The notes under the pieces were generated by a model, which saw only the letters and a program-made list of their open reading frames with translations, was not told the origin of the DNA and ran no database searches. A stretch of DNA of 64,000 bases from Octopus sinensis. Lineage: Eukaryota. A program made the translations under genes and the position numbers. The stretch covers positions 179,614,001-179,678,000 of the forward strand of contig NC_042998.1 of the NCBI RefSeq assembly GCF_006345805.1, read 5' to 3'. Shown in pieces: positions 38,076-52,680 of this stretch; the stretch's first letter is position 1; each line of letters opens with the position of its first letter.

Positions 38076-41000
38076 TTCTCTTATACACAAGGGATTCTTT
38101 TTATGTTTGTGGTCTGCATCACGTACAATGATATATGCACATACTATACGATTGAGGTGGGATAAGCATTGAATAAACAAGTTCTGCTATAATTAGTATA
38201 GAAGAAGACATGTCGAATATAAGGAAATATTACTCTGAGAGGCTGAGATATAGTCTGCCGATGTTATTCTTGTTCGTTAAAAGGTCTTTATGATAAGCAA
38301 ACATCGTAAATTGGAAACAAATAAAAAAAAAACGAAAAAAGCTTACGCATAATTCATACGTCTAATATTTCAACGTATGAGAGAAAAGGAACTCGTTATC
38401 TCAATTGGGATATACGGTAAGAGATTGGCACTGGAGACAAAGAGAAAGAGAGAAAAAGAAAGGGAGAGAGAGAGAGAGAGGGGAGGTGGAGAAAAAAAGA
38501 CCACTGTTCCTATGTGAGTTCACTAACATTCAAACCATATAAAATCTGGTTAATATAAAGAAAGGCGTGGCAAATATCGTAGAGCAAGAAGTATGACCCC
38601 GCGAGGCCAGACAGTGATGTGGTTCCAATCTTTATCTGAAAAGTATTTTCATTTAATTTACATATATAATACTTTTGGGAAAGTCATGAACATCACATTC
38701 CATTCTATCGCTTCTTAAACGAGCCAGCTTGGAAGCGTATATGTTTATATGGTCACTAGAATTGCTAAAAATAGCATCCGAATCTCTTTTGTATCATACC
38801 ATACTCTTAAAAAAAATAAAAATGAAGGGACACGTTGAATAATGTAGTCCTTGATATACAAAGTCTGAAATATATAAAAATAGCATTCTCATAGCTGAAG
38901 TGCATTTGGTCATAAATATGTGTGGTTAGGCTTCGCTATAAGTTATACAACCGTAGCAGCAACATCATTTATAAAAAAAAAGAAAGAAAAAAATTGTTTT
39001 GATGAGGTTTAAAGAAAAGAAAAAAAAAAGAAAAATGAAAAGCAATATTAAGAAGATAGAGATCTTGAAATTGGAATCAACTTTCAAACTGCTCCTTACA
39101 CTACAGATTTTTTTTGTAAAGGTATCAACACTAACACATCTATCTCCTCCCTTTAAGAATATAGTGCATTGTACTATGTCGAAGTGAAACAATATGAATG
39201 AAATGAAGATCGCAGATTTGCAGACATAATACAGTGTCAGATTAAATTGTAATATAATTGTTTATTAAAGGAAATATATATATATACATGTATATGTATA
39301 TATATGTGTATGTATGTGTGTATATATATATATGTATACCACAGCGAGGAACTAATTTTATATAAACAACATACCAGTTAGCTGTTCTGCTTACACTATA
39401 CACTAACCTAACCTCATATACATTCATTTGACGCACAATCATCTTAAACATCCCTGTTTGGCACCGATCACATTATTTAAGCGCAAACGCCCAAGGTTGG
39501 TAGCGAAAACAGTAACTTAAATCTATACTCATTTTGGCAGTATGTTTTTTTGGCACTCGAAACGCTCTTTTGGCTGTACATATAGAATTTTAGGTCTGAA
39601 TGCACAAATCTCAGGCAATATACTATTGGCATTATATAATACTAACCTGGCATCGTCTAAACAACTAGCTTCATAACATGTATATAGAATAGGGCAAAGC
39701 TAAATAGAAACTATTCAGAAGAAAATTTTCCCACTAATGTTCCCTGAAGATATTCGCAGCTGGCTAAAAGGCAGATATCATTTCAGTGAAAGGGTCTAGC
39801 GTTCATTTTCCTGCATCAACCAACAAATTTTTATTCCTGCTGGCAAAGCCCACATAAGTACCATGAATAATCTGATCGCTGGGTGCTGTCATTTGCGGAG
39901 GTTAGTCTGTTGAAGGCATCCGAATAGCGCCCTCGATACTTGCTCCATTCTCGCTTAGTCACTCGCGTTCTTTCCTGTAGTTCGAGTTGGGAATTGGGCG
40001 CGTCTCAAACTTATCTCTTTGAAATTGAACTCAGCAAAGTAAATCTCTCAGCTCTTTTGAACCAATATAAAACAAAATATAAAATATACTGCTGTACACG
40101 GTGCTAAGACAGCATATTTGACAAATTTTTCGTTCGTTACCTTACCTGAATTCAAATAATACAATAAAAGTTGGAGTGTTAAGGGCTCCCCTAAACTCCC
40201 TATACACACTATGAGAACCAAAGCGTTTCTATTGTTCTCCAACATCACAGTGTGTTCTGCAGTTCTGTCTAATCGAAACTAATATGAAATCAATTTAATA
40301 TTGCATCAAATGCTAACATACAACTACAACACACGTTACGCACCTTCCTTTTAAGCACTGCTGTAAACAGCGGAAGTGAGTTAGAATGTTAAAACTTATT
40401 GTCCATACACAACAGAGCTGAAGGTCAATCTGTGCCGAGCGGTTTTACTTTGTATGTTTTAGCTTCTTTACTATGGCGACAATCCGGATACTTATTGATC
40501 AGACCTCGTAGAGTTTACTTTTGGATAAATTGCTAATCTGTCTTACACAACTTTCCCATACAACCTGGTGCATAAAATAAAATGTCCTATTCAGTGATAT
40601 AACGAAACCTTTGTACAGGATTTGAAATCACGTACGCTGGATTAGTTTTCTAATAATGTATCAATTCAGCCCCTTAAAATTTCACATAGACATCAGATAA
40701 GCAATAGTTCCTGGGTTTTTTTCTTTACATATATATATTTTAGTTCACTTGTTTTCTTTTCATTTATATATTTTCCATTCGATTATTTTTGTCAGTGTTT
40801 TTATCAGTCCGGTCCGATAACTTTACGATAAATACTTAAATTCAATTATCGTTATATCATATGAAGCGAAAATCCTTATAGAAAATAAAAACACATAAAA
40901 ACCAAGTCCAAAAATTTTAAAAGAAGTAAAAATAAATTAAATGTAAACATTTCAAATGTAAAGCAATCAGTTATCTTTTTACTATCGTAATTAATGTGAC

Positions 41001-41986
41001 TTGACTTAAGTTAGACATTTTTGTGCTCTGTTGTTTAAAAAATGATTAAAAATCTCTTGTAATTTTGTAAATTATGGCTTTGCTGGAAAGTTCCACGGAA
41101 CAGTTGTTATACGAGAAAAATTTATTTCGTAACTTGAGGAGAAATATGGAATTTTTCTTTAGAATTATAAAGTTTAGAATTTTAAAAGTCGGTTCGAGGT
41201 TGGTTCTGACGTTTATGACATTCCTCTGTACAATAATAATGTAGACAAAATGAAAATTTCTATAACCAGGCTAGGGAATAAATCAGTTTAGAAATGACTT
41301 TCCTAGGTGCTTCTAAACTTAAATTATTTCCCCTTAAACGACAACTATCGACAACTAAAGGAGTCCCTACACTGTTTCTGCTTAAGAGACTGGATAGTCA
41401 TAGGTAGAAATTTTTGCTCGTAAGTCTACTCAGCTGGACCTGACTTGGGCCAAAGAACGACAACGATTCTCAATTGTCAGGTTTAAATTCAGACGTTAGA
41501 CAACCCTTTACTGTGGCTTTACCGTTTCTATTAACGACGCTGATGTTTTAAACTCCAAGACTGACCAGATCAAACACACACATGATCAAAGATGTTCCAT
41601 TTTCTTTTGTATTTCTAACAAGCTGAATGACTGCATAAAGGCTCACTCAAGAAGGCTCGTTAATATTTCGGTGAATATAAAATCAGATTCATTTTCATTA
41701 AACTATAGATTCCTTTGCATAACTAATCGCTTTTCAATGGAGAAGAAATTTAGAAACTGAAAAATTTCTATTCCCCAATTCCCTTAAATATCTAAACATT
41801 CAAGACTTCAATGATTTCTCCGAATCTAACAGAAGGAACACAGATATAAGTTTACAGCAAACTGATTTAACGAGTTCCTTTTAGAATTTCAGTTCGATCC
41901 TTTTCATCTGACATTGATATATTTAGAAATAAACGATGAATATAAATTCAGATTTAATCTTCATGTCGATTTATATGACCAACATC

Positions 41987-42046
<60 letters not shown>

Positions 42047-43299
42047 TGTGTGTGTGTGTGTGTGTATGCGCGCGCACATACACACACTCACACACACATG
42101 TACACCATAAAAAGTAAGGAAGTATGAAAGGTTGAAATAATTTCACCGATCGAATCTTTTGAATTTCAGCTGCAAGTAACTCTGCGCTATACTCCTCTGG
42201 ATAACTGTCGTCTGCTAGCCGAGTCCATTCGAGATGCTATCTGTGATAGCTATTCTATTCCATAAATCCATACATTACAATATAAATAATTATACACACA
42301 CACACATACACACACTTTTTTTAATTAATAAGGACTGACTAAAAGACTCCATACTATTTGTAAAAAAAAATATTAATTGTCATTAGTGACTCTTTTGAAA
42401 TTTCGCCGTAATTAGCTGTTTTTAGAACGATTATTAGCAATAAATATTACACACAGAAACACACATGCACATACAGCAATATTCGTCCTGAGATAACATT
42501 GCTTATGAACGTGTATAAAAAGCACTACATCAGTGCGACATGAAAAATTGCTCCAGAAGCGGCCAGCAAGAACACCAGCTGCCTCTTGGCTTTTTAACGC
42601 TCTTCAATAACATGTACTCACATCCAGCCACATGCTTAGACGAAAATTTGTCGCCTCTTATGTTAGGAACATTGAATTCACCGATGTTGCGAATAGCTCC
42701 CCAGCTGAATAAAAATCCGGTATACGTATTAAGGCAGTATTAAATTAAACAGCCATCTACGTCTCATATTTTATTTCAAATGATAGAACTAAGGGTGTTG
42801 GCCTGACCTGGTTTCGATATTAGATGGCATCTTTCCAGAGATCACACACACATCTTTGCCGGTCCACGGAATGAATTATAAGCTATAACTAATAAGCTGT
42901 TTATATCGACTAAATATCGTATCTGAGTTAATTCGATTTGCATATATAATGGTTATGTACTTAATTATTTCATTACTGATGTTTGATCTTGAGTGTGTTC
43001 GATTCTTGGAAATGTCCATTAAGGCATTCTTTTATATGCAATTTAATTAACTTTAGCCTTCGCTATGACGTAGAGTCGAATATACTTGGATAAATGTAAA
43101 TACATCTGTTTTATTTCTCTGTAGAGAGAAAAGAATGAACTTATATTCCAACCAAAACAAAAATCAGATGAGACCACTTCCCGTCTGTCCGCAGACACCT
43201 GCTTACAGATAACTAAACGGTTTAGTTTAATGGTTAAAATACTAGTACTGGTGTGCAATACAAGTGATGTGGAGCTATACCTTCAAGTAAATTTCAATC

Positions 43300-43550
43300 A
43301 CCACTACTTTATTATCTCCCGTTCTTCCTAGCCCTCCTGTGTGACCCCTCTGTCCGGCGTTCGCCATGATAGATCGCTAGCCACAAAACCTTTTCCTATT
43401 TTCTCTCCCTATTTATCACTGTGTTCCTTTCTGTGGAAGAGCGTAGGCTCGAAACGTAAAAGACTTTCTCACTTCCCGAGCGTTGAACTAATACATCTGT
43501 TTGTTGTTTACACACCCGTCTTCGTCTTTTGTCTTTGTAAATTAACGCAA
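43300..43550 (+). mobile_element. PLE-like fragment with a variant hammerhead (43427-43462)
   Basis: cttt-CTGTGGA-a-gagc(gtag)gctc-GAAA-c-GTA-aaag; followed by a TA-rich tract. Confidence 0.7.
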
Positions 43551-43571
43551 TACGTATACATACAAGTATAT

Positions 43572-43604
<33 letters not shown>

Positions 43605-44083
43605 ATTACATATACATTCATGTATGTATATATATACATGTACATATGTATATATATATAGTATATATATCTATATACATTCATATATATATATATACAT
43701 GTATATATATATATGCATATATACATTCATGTATGTATATATATACATGTACATATGTATACATATATACATGTCTATATGTATATATATATATACATCC
43801 ATATATGTATATATACATGTATATATGTATATAAATATATACATGCATGTATATACATAATACATGTATATATGTATATATACATACATCCATTTATGTA
43901 TATATATAAATAGACACAAGTGTATACATATATATATATACATTCATATATATATATACACATGTATATATACATGTATATGTATACATATATACATACG
44001 TGTGTGTGTGTGTGTAGGTAGATATATATATACACATACATATACATACATAAATACACACGCACAAGGGCCAGGTATATATA

Positions 44084-44141
<58 letters not shown>

Positions 44142-44533
44142 GTGCGTATAACAAACGAATCAGCATTCATTTCGTATTCATCAAGAAATTTACGTGATAT
44201 GCGAAAAAGAACGCACAGATGACAATAGATTAGTTTTGAATTAACAAATTAGTTACAGATGACATAGATTATCAGATTAGGGACAAATATCATAGATTAC
44301 GCACGTTTTAATATATCACCGAGTCTGGTATTCGGCTTATTGGTTTCCCTGAGCAAATAAATAGTAAAGTGTCAAGGCTAAGGAAAGACACACCGACTAC
44401 AGATGAAATACAATACTTCACAGTATAATATAAATCTCAACCGTTGAAGCCTGGCAAAACCGATGGAGCGCCAGAGTGCGAATACTTCCTTTTAACGTAA
44501 ATACGTATACTACACTAGTGTGCGTATGTGTAT

Positions 44534-44823
<290 letters not shown>

Positions 44824-44931
44824 AGTAGTTGAATGAATTATCCTAGTATGGATAAATCGGTTAACCGATACCCGGGTATTTATGTCGAGAATAAAGGAAT
44901 TTTTTAAATCGTCGTTCGACTCTATTCTTTC

Positions 44932-44968
<37 letters not shown>

Positions 44969-47166
44969 GATATACACATACGCGCCACAACGAAACATCA
45001 CACACACACACATATATATATATATAAATATAGTTTAAGCTACACAGTTGATTAGATATGCAAAGGTATTATAGTAGTATACATTTTATAGAAGTAGATA
45101 AAAGCATCTTCAATCAAATATGATTTAGACGGAAGAAGAAGGTAAACCAGTTTAAAGTTTCTAAATCTACACTTTCCATTATGCAGCGTCTTTCTAATAT
45201 ATTGGAATAAAATGAAGTGAGCTAGGAGCCATAACCAATCAGATCGAAAAGGGCACAGCAGAAGTATTTTTAACCCTCGATTCCATTTTGATTTGTTCAG
45301 ACTAAAGATCGGCCGAATGGAATCTCAATGGAATTTACACCATAAATTGATAAAGTATTCGTTCATTGTACAGTGTTCCCACTGCTTACAACTGTAAATT
45401 ATACTGTTATGCGATCTCATCACAAGCTAGATGTTGTTTTTATTGTTGTTGCTGTTTAAATTTATGTTAACCATGATCAAATAAACCAATTCTGAAAGGT
45501 ATTCCAGTCATAGTGATCCCGTCTTTTGAGACATAGTTTGTCTCAGACAAAATTATCCAATGTGTCATTCCCTTTTTTCAAAGACAGCAGAAGTGAAATT
45601 TGAGAGGAACTTAGTTGCTGTTTCTAGCAGGTCATACAGTTACATAGAGAATGGGCAGGTTTCCTTTTCAACGCCAAGGGTAAATTGCAAGTGTATGATA
45701 AATTAATAATTTCCCGAAATCCTATCTATGCTATATATGAAATCACTGTTTTGAACCTTAAGGCTTAAACATAGATTTTTGTAAATGATTTTAAGAATTT
45801 CATAAAAGCAGGGTTTCAAATTTGATTGCGAGCAAGTGTTCCCACCCCTGGCCAAAATATTTTGGTGCGATCCATCAGCTAGTGAGGAAAAGGACGAATC
45901 CATTGAGAGTCAAGTGAATTGCTCACAGATAGGAATGTTTCGAACCGTCGGCACGGGGAGAATAAACATATAGTTTATTCTCCCCAGTTTTCTTCTTAAT
46001 TTGCCAGCTACGATTCAGAGAATTATTGCATCAAAATAAAGAAAACTATAGATTTTTGTGCGATTAAAGACCAAGAGATTAAAGTAAGAGAAGAACGTAG
46101 ATGTAATACCTTAATCTCTAACTTCAACTTCGCACAGATTATTTGATGATGGAAGAAAATATAGCATTAATGCAATAATCATGATTGTAGTCAGCTTATC
46201 ATTTGGGTGGAGATATTTTTCTCTATCTTTTATTTGATTTCATTTGGGAATTTGCTTGGATTTTTATGCTATTTTCTGCTTTATTTTCTATTGTTTTATA
46301 TTATTTATTTTCATTTTTAAATATTTTGGTTAGGAAGTAAGAAACAAAGTAGTCTTTTATTCTGTATTTGTTTTATCCAGATTTGTGTTTTACCATTGTT
46401 TATTTTTGTTGTATGATTTTGACCTTAGTAAACGATAGGGGACAGAAGAGGACAAAAGTTTAAATAAACTGGAAAGAAAAGCGTTTTGTTATAGCTTCAT
46501 ATCACAAACAATAAGAATGGGCGTGTTATCGCGAAAAAAAAAGGAAGAAAATATAATAAAATAACAACTGCAGTAAGAAAAGTAACGAAGAGAAAATAAC
46601 AAGAACAAAGAAAAAAGATAAAAGTGTAAAGTGCAGACGTCTGATCACGGGTGCAATGTTTTGTGAGTAACATAATGACAGTGGTGGCCGGGGGTTGTGT
46701 ACGTTCATTGAAAACCTATGTGTCTGTATGAATGAATGAATGAATGCATTGAGTGAGACAGACATCTGTTTATAGTTGACTATAGCAATCGGTGCAAGTT
46801 GGGGTGAATAAGTTGCATCTTCGGTTGGAAATAGAGGCGGTGGAGGTAGTGATGGTTTGTGGTGGTGGTGGTGGTGGTGGTGGTGGTGCAGATAGAATAA
46901 TATGAAAGTGTTTGGCAATTAGAGGTTGGTGTTTTCGTACAGAGAAAATCTAGATAACAACAAGAAAACAAAAAAAAACAAAACAAATAAAAACATAAAA
47001 CGGCCACATGCATATACACACAAGAAGTAGCAGTTTTATTGTAAATAAAGCGTGAAGATATACATACGTACACACACACATACACACATATATACACACA
47101 CATATATACACACATATACACATACGCATATACATATACATATACACACATATACACATACGCATA

Positions 47167-47209
<43 letters not shown>

Positions 47210-47219
47210 CATACATACA

Positions 47220-47388
47220 GTGGAGGCGCAATGGCCAAGTGGTTAGGGCAGCGGACTTGCGGTCGTAGGATCGCGGTTTCGATTCCCAGACCGGGCGTTG
47301 TGAGTGTTTATTGAGCGAAAACATCTAAAGCTCCGCGTGGATCTGGCAGGGGATGGTAGCGACGTGTCTGTGGAGTGCTCAGCCACTT

Positions 47389-47392
<4 letters not shown>
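47220..47392 (+). mobile_element. Family B SINE with internal deletion
   Basis: Head nearly identical to 23476-23610, fused directly to ACGTGTCTGTGGAGTGCTCAGCCACTTACAC (equivalent to 23752-23782). Confidence 0.88.
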
Positions 47393-47429
<37 letters not shown>

Positions 47430-48414
47430 AATGCACATGCGTGTGTGTGTTGCATTGTAAAGATTAAGACAAGCATTTTCTGATATAATACCTCAATACT
47501 TGTTTTGGAGTAACATTTACTATATGCATAGGGGCTGACTCTGGCTTCCTGGTTTGGCCCTGAGAGGAGTTGGAGTAAGGATTTATTTTAAAGTTTTAGA
47601 TTTCCTTAGCCAGCTCGACAAATGGTCGTTTCGATAGCCAGTCCAACAACAAAGACGAGGGCACTTAACATCTCTGTCTACTTCACGTGGTGTAAATTAC
47701 AACACAGTAGCTGCTCTGTAACATATTTCATTTAGCGAGCCGATGGTAGTCGGCTTCTCCGAAAGAAAAGGAGAAAGCAAGAATAATAATGGAAGTGACA
47801 AATAAGAAGCGAACCTACACACTCTGGAGCCATTCCAAAACATTTACATCAAACAGATGTAGAATAGTCTAGCTTCGTCGTTTAATTCACAATTTAAATC
47901 ATACATTTTATATGCTTTAAATATGTTAGTGAACGTTCGAGTTAATGTTTTATTGAAACGATTTACAACTATGAGAAAACTCCTGATAGCAAAAGCAGCA
48001 ACGCACAAAACTAAATATGTATAAAGTATCTGATGCATTCACATCAACATCATTAAGATAACAGAATATAACCGGGAAATTACATAGTTTTTGCCTGATT
48101 AATTTTAGACAAATCTTTTGACCTTTACGCCTTTGTGGCGGGTAAAAGTTACAGCTATAATTGAAAGACCGAAACTGCCATAAACTATTACTTAATCAGG
48201 GGAAAATATCTCTTTCACCCTCTGGGAAGTCAATATAAATTTCATCTCTAATTAATTTCCTGGTTTGGGAAAAAGTAAACTTCTTTTTGCTTGCGCGCGT
48301 GTGAAGTACACCGCGAATTTGTTAATGAACGACTCGTTCTTGCTAATTGCTTTAATTAGTATGCAAAAATATCCGATAACTTCGTGTTAAAATAGTTGGA
48401 AAAGCTCAACTTAC

Positions 48415-48463
48415 CTTGAAAGCTACTTTTACGTGGAATCAATTTATCTGTAGGTTTGTACAC

Positions 48464-48510
<47 letters not shown>

Positions 48511-48580
48511 TATAAATGTATGTAAATCTGTAAATCTTACCTGAAAAATAAAGAAAGAAACATTATATACAATTAGCAAA
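48415..48580 (-). other. Candidate recursive splice site (AG|GT) with downstream RS-exon donor
   Basis: Minus strand reads GCTAAT (branch-like, 48577-48572)...TTTCTTTCTTTATTTTTCAG|GTAAGA (junction 48541/48540), then AAG|GTAAGT at 48415/48414. Confidence 0.55.
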
Positions 48581-48949
48581 GCTTGTGTGTGTGTGTGTGT
48601 GTGTCAGAGAGGGAGAGAGATATAAAATTGTATTTTATCAAATTCATTGAATTTGTAGCTTCCAGTCACTGTAGACACTAATCAGACGAAATAAAGTCGG
48701 AACAATGAATCAGTAACTGGACACAAAGTGAGACGTGTTAACTGACAAGATAGATGTTCAATGATTTATAAATCAACTCATGATGGCTGCGTTGGCGTAT
48801 GGAATTAAAATAAAACAATTTCACTTGGAGACTAATTTCTTAAGTTTGTTGAAGGAATAGTTTATTAATTATTCGTTTATATATCAAACAAAAATACGAA
48901 GCCATAAATTTGGGGTAAGAGTAATTAATAATGTCTATATATTCGTTTT

Positions 48950-49200
48950 GCAAGATTCTTGATGCGAAAGCGTGTGTTGAAACATATATTGTTGTACTTA
49001 GGGACGGTCATGTTGCCAGTTTAGCCAATAAAAACACATGCACTATATATTTGATGTTAATTTGCTTCAGCTTTATTTTTTACATTAATCGTATTTCGGC
49101 CAGAGTTCTTTCGTCCACACTTCTGTGACCTCATCAGTGGTCCTTTGCTTTCTTCTTTCTTATTTGTGTGTCTTTCTTTACTAAGGATATGTCATTTTGT
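48950..49200 (-). mobile_element. Probable PLE-like fragment with CTGATGA...GAAA core
   Basis: Minus strand CTGATGA-ggtca...tggcc-GAAA at 49137-49094; stem I is not recoverable. Confidence 0.5.
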
Positions 49201-49224
49201 CAGTTATATGGATCCCAATATTAT

Positions 49225-49660
49225 TCGTTAGCACACCGGGTAAAATGCTTAAGCATTTTGTCCGTCTTTACGTTCTGAGTTCAAATTCCACACAGGTAGC
49301 CTTTGCCTTTTATCTTTTCGGGGTCGATAACGTAAGTACCAGCTGAACTCTGAGGTCGATGTAAATCTACTTATCCCTCCTTCGAAATTGCTAGCCTGGT
49401 ATTTCATTATATTGACCCTAATCCCTGACTAGTACCATATATCCATATTTGACAAGTGTAAAGCAGTGAGCTTGGCAGAATCGTCAGCACGTCTTTACCT
49501 TCTGAGCTCAAATTCCACCGAAGTCGACTTTGTCTTACATCCTTCCGAGATCGATGGAATAAGTTTCGATGGATCGCTGATAGGGGTCGGGGATCGATGT
49601 AATCGACTTTCACTTTTCGTCGAACTTGCTGACCTTGTGCCAAAATTTGAAACCAATATT
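49225..49660 (+). mobile_element. Two tandem diverged family C SINEs with an alternative tail
   Basis: GTTCTGAGTTCAAATTCC...TTTGCCTTTTATC (49272) and TTCTGAGCTCAAATTCCACCGAAGTCGACTTTG (49500); tail TTGCTGACCTTGTGCCAAAATTTGAAACC. Further decayed copies at ~12770-12930(-), 15205-15300, 24040-24180, 49920-50100(-), 52060-52170 and 55605-55730. Confidence 0.8.
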
Positions 49661-51785
49661 TGGCTGGCGTTTTTTCATTGATCACCCACCCACGGAGGTA
49701 CTTTTCAGTTAACCTTGCTTCTAGTAAAGGGTCTATATTTTCATTCATGAATATCAATGTAGGCAAAATTTTGCAATAATCGATATGTCGCTACATCCGA
49801 CACTTGTGGTATATTATCGTTATTCAAGTTCCGAAAATCCAATTTCCTGCTTTGAGAAGACCGATGAAAAGAAGGTGGAATATGAAGTCCCTAACGCAGA
49901 AAACGGAACAAATACTGTAATGCATTTTGCCTGAAGTTTTAACATTTTCGCCAATCTATCGACCAGTACTGGTACTTTAATTCTCAACCCCGAAAGGATG
50001 GAAAGAAAATTTAACTTCGACAGGATTTGAACTCAGAGCATAGTGATTCGGAACAAAAACTGCAATACATTCTATCTAATGCTTTAACACCTCTGTCAAT
50101 TCACTACCTTTGACCATAAAAGCCTGTAAAAGAAATTTTAGCTCAATAGAATTTGAACTCAGAACATAAAGATTTGGTACTAAGTATCACAATGTACTTT
50201 ATCTGACATCCTATTGTTTTATATTTAAAGACTCACTTTCTGCTTAAAAATTTGAAACCCCTCATCTCTGGTTTAAATAGCTAAAAACCATCTAACCTGA
50301 AGATTCAGCTACTGCACATACATAATCGTTGAAACTGGAAAATGTGTGTGTGGGGAGGGTGGGGGTAGAAAATCAGTTTGTATTGTGGGTTAAGTTCCAT
50401 GAATACTCTATTCTACTTGCCTCGCTACACCCAATTGCAAAGAATAGACTTCTAAACTTCTGGAATTTATTATACTCAAGAAAAGACCATCAGAACATAT
50501 AGAAACGACTGAATTTGACACAAGCCAACAAGGGAGCGTTTACGCGGTCGCGTCGTTGTTTCTGCTAAACATAATAACCAAATCTCCCTAACAGATTACC
50601 ATTAAAATAAAACGAAAATATAGAAGAAAAAAAAAGGAGATATTAGATGAAATTCGTCTGAAAAACAAAACAAAAAGCCTGGATAACCAAGGTCATAACA
50701 TGATTGATAATAAGTCAGATCAAAAGCTGACGTTAAATACCTAAATACCACTTCTATGAAGAAAGAAGCCTGTGAAATCATTGCTTTCATTAACAACATA
50801 GCGATGGGATAAAAGATTTAAAATAATTTTTTTCAAGTACTACTGGCAGTACCAAAAGATTAAAAATAATTTTTTTTCAAGTTAACCACAAAGTAAAAAT
50901 TAATAAACAAAACCGTTTCTCTTATGATATTCAAACGTGTAAACGCTTTTCCTACATAATTCAGTCGCAAGCTTATGCTGAACATCTATAGCTAACAATG
51001 AAAATTCTAGTGACAATGACACACACAATAAGCTCCTTAGAATATTTTTTTCAAAAGTAAAATACTATTCGTACCACGCTTTTTTGTTAGTACTACCTTG
51101 CAGTATTTCTTAGTATGCGGTTAACGATGGATATGTGTATGCGTGTATATAGATATATACACCTACTTATATGTATGTTACATATATGTGTATGTACACA
51201 CACCTATATATAATGATTGTTATATGTACGTATGTATGTACGCATAGTGTCCACAAATTTCTTATATAGTTTCCACATCACGAATTCTGAAGTGTACACT
51301 TCTTAGTTTGTAATGAGAATTGGAAAGAATAAAGAATTATGAGTAGAATATTTTAGTTTCTAGAACTTGTAGTCACATGAAAATTTGAGAACGTTTACTA
51401 ACATACATTCCCCCTCATTCTTTCTCTTTCTCCATGTGTGTGTGAAACCATTTATCGTACTCATACACACACACACCCTTGCACAAAAACACAAAGGTGA
51501 AAAAAAAAAATGAAAAAAGGTAGGGAGATAAATTTTTATATTAGTAAGACAAATTTTTTTTGATTTACGTTTTTAAAAACGAAAAAGAAATTAAAATTTT
51601 CATTACTGCTTTATTTATTCCCTTTCCTCTCTTTCCATTTTAGAATAACAAAGTAGTAAAGAAACTTTAAAAAAAAAACCTTAAAATGCAACAGTAAAAT
51701 CTCTATTGAAATATTTTTGTAATATAGATAGTTCGAAATAAACTCAGGTGTGTATTATTCTGGTGTAACCCATCTAAAATTGCTA

Positions 51786-51819
<34 letters not shown>

Positions 51820-52294
51820 CTGCAGGATATTTCTTTGGAAGAAATCAAATAGAAATATAATAGAGAAAAATACTAAATTAGGGAATGCTGAGAACTTGAA
51901 GCTTAATGGAAGCCTAAGCTATAATTCAATATATTACGAACGTATCGTCTTACAAAATCCTTATGATATTTGAGTATCTAAGCGTAGTGAAATGACAATA
52001 TCCGTAGAATATCTAATGTAACACCTTGCAGTATTGAGTTGTACCTGTTTATGTTTTGAGTTCGAATCAGTTTGAGGACGACTCCGCCTTTTACTCTCCT
52101 GGAGTGGCCATTTAAATAGCAATCAAGTACAGGTCTCTCCAGTAAAAATGTGTGGCCTTATGCTTATGTAGCATTCTCCCTATGGCATTTCTGTACCTAT
52201 TTATGCATGGTATACGAAGAGGCACGGCATAAAAGACAGACATGAGGTAAATCATATTCCATTCATCCTCCATTTAAAATTAAGTTTACGTTTA

Positions 52295-52680
52295 GGCCCA
52301 GGCATAGTTGTGTGGTGAAGAAGATCGTTTTGCAACCACGTAGTTTTGGGTTCAGTCCCACTGCGCGGCACTTTGGGTGTCTTCTACTGTAGTTCCGAGC
52401 CGACCAACGTTTTGGGAGTGAATTTGGTAGAGGTGTGCGCTTGTATGTGTGCGCGCATGTGCGTGTGTCTTTGTATTTGTCCCCAGCCCAACCCTACCCC
52501 ACCACCACATGACAATCGTGGTCCTCGGTCCTCGTAACTTAGATGTTCAGCAAAAAAAAAAAAACCGACGAAAATAACTACCAAACTTAATATACAAGTA
52601 TTGGGAGCGATTTGTTCGACTCATCCCTTCAAGGCGGTGCCCCAGCATGGTCACAGTCCAAAATAAAAGATAAAATGTAA
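52295..52680 (+). mobile_element. Diverged family A SINE
   Basis: GGGTTCAGTCCCACTGCGCGGCACTTTGGG...AGGCGGTGCCCCAGCATGGTCACAGTCC. Confidence 0.8.
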
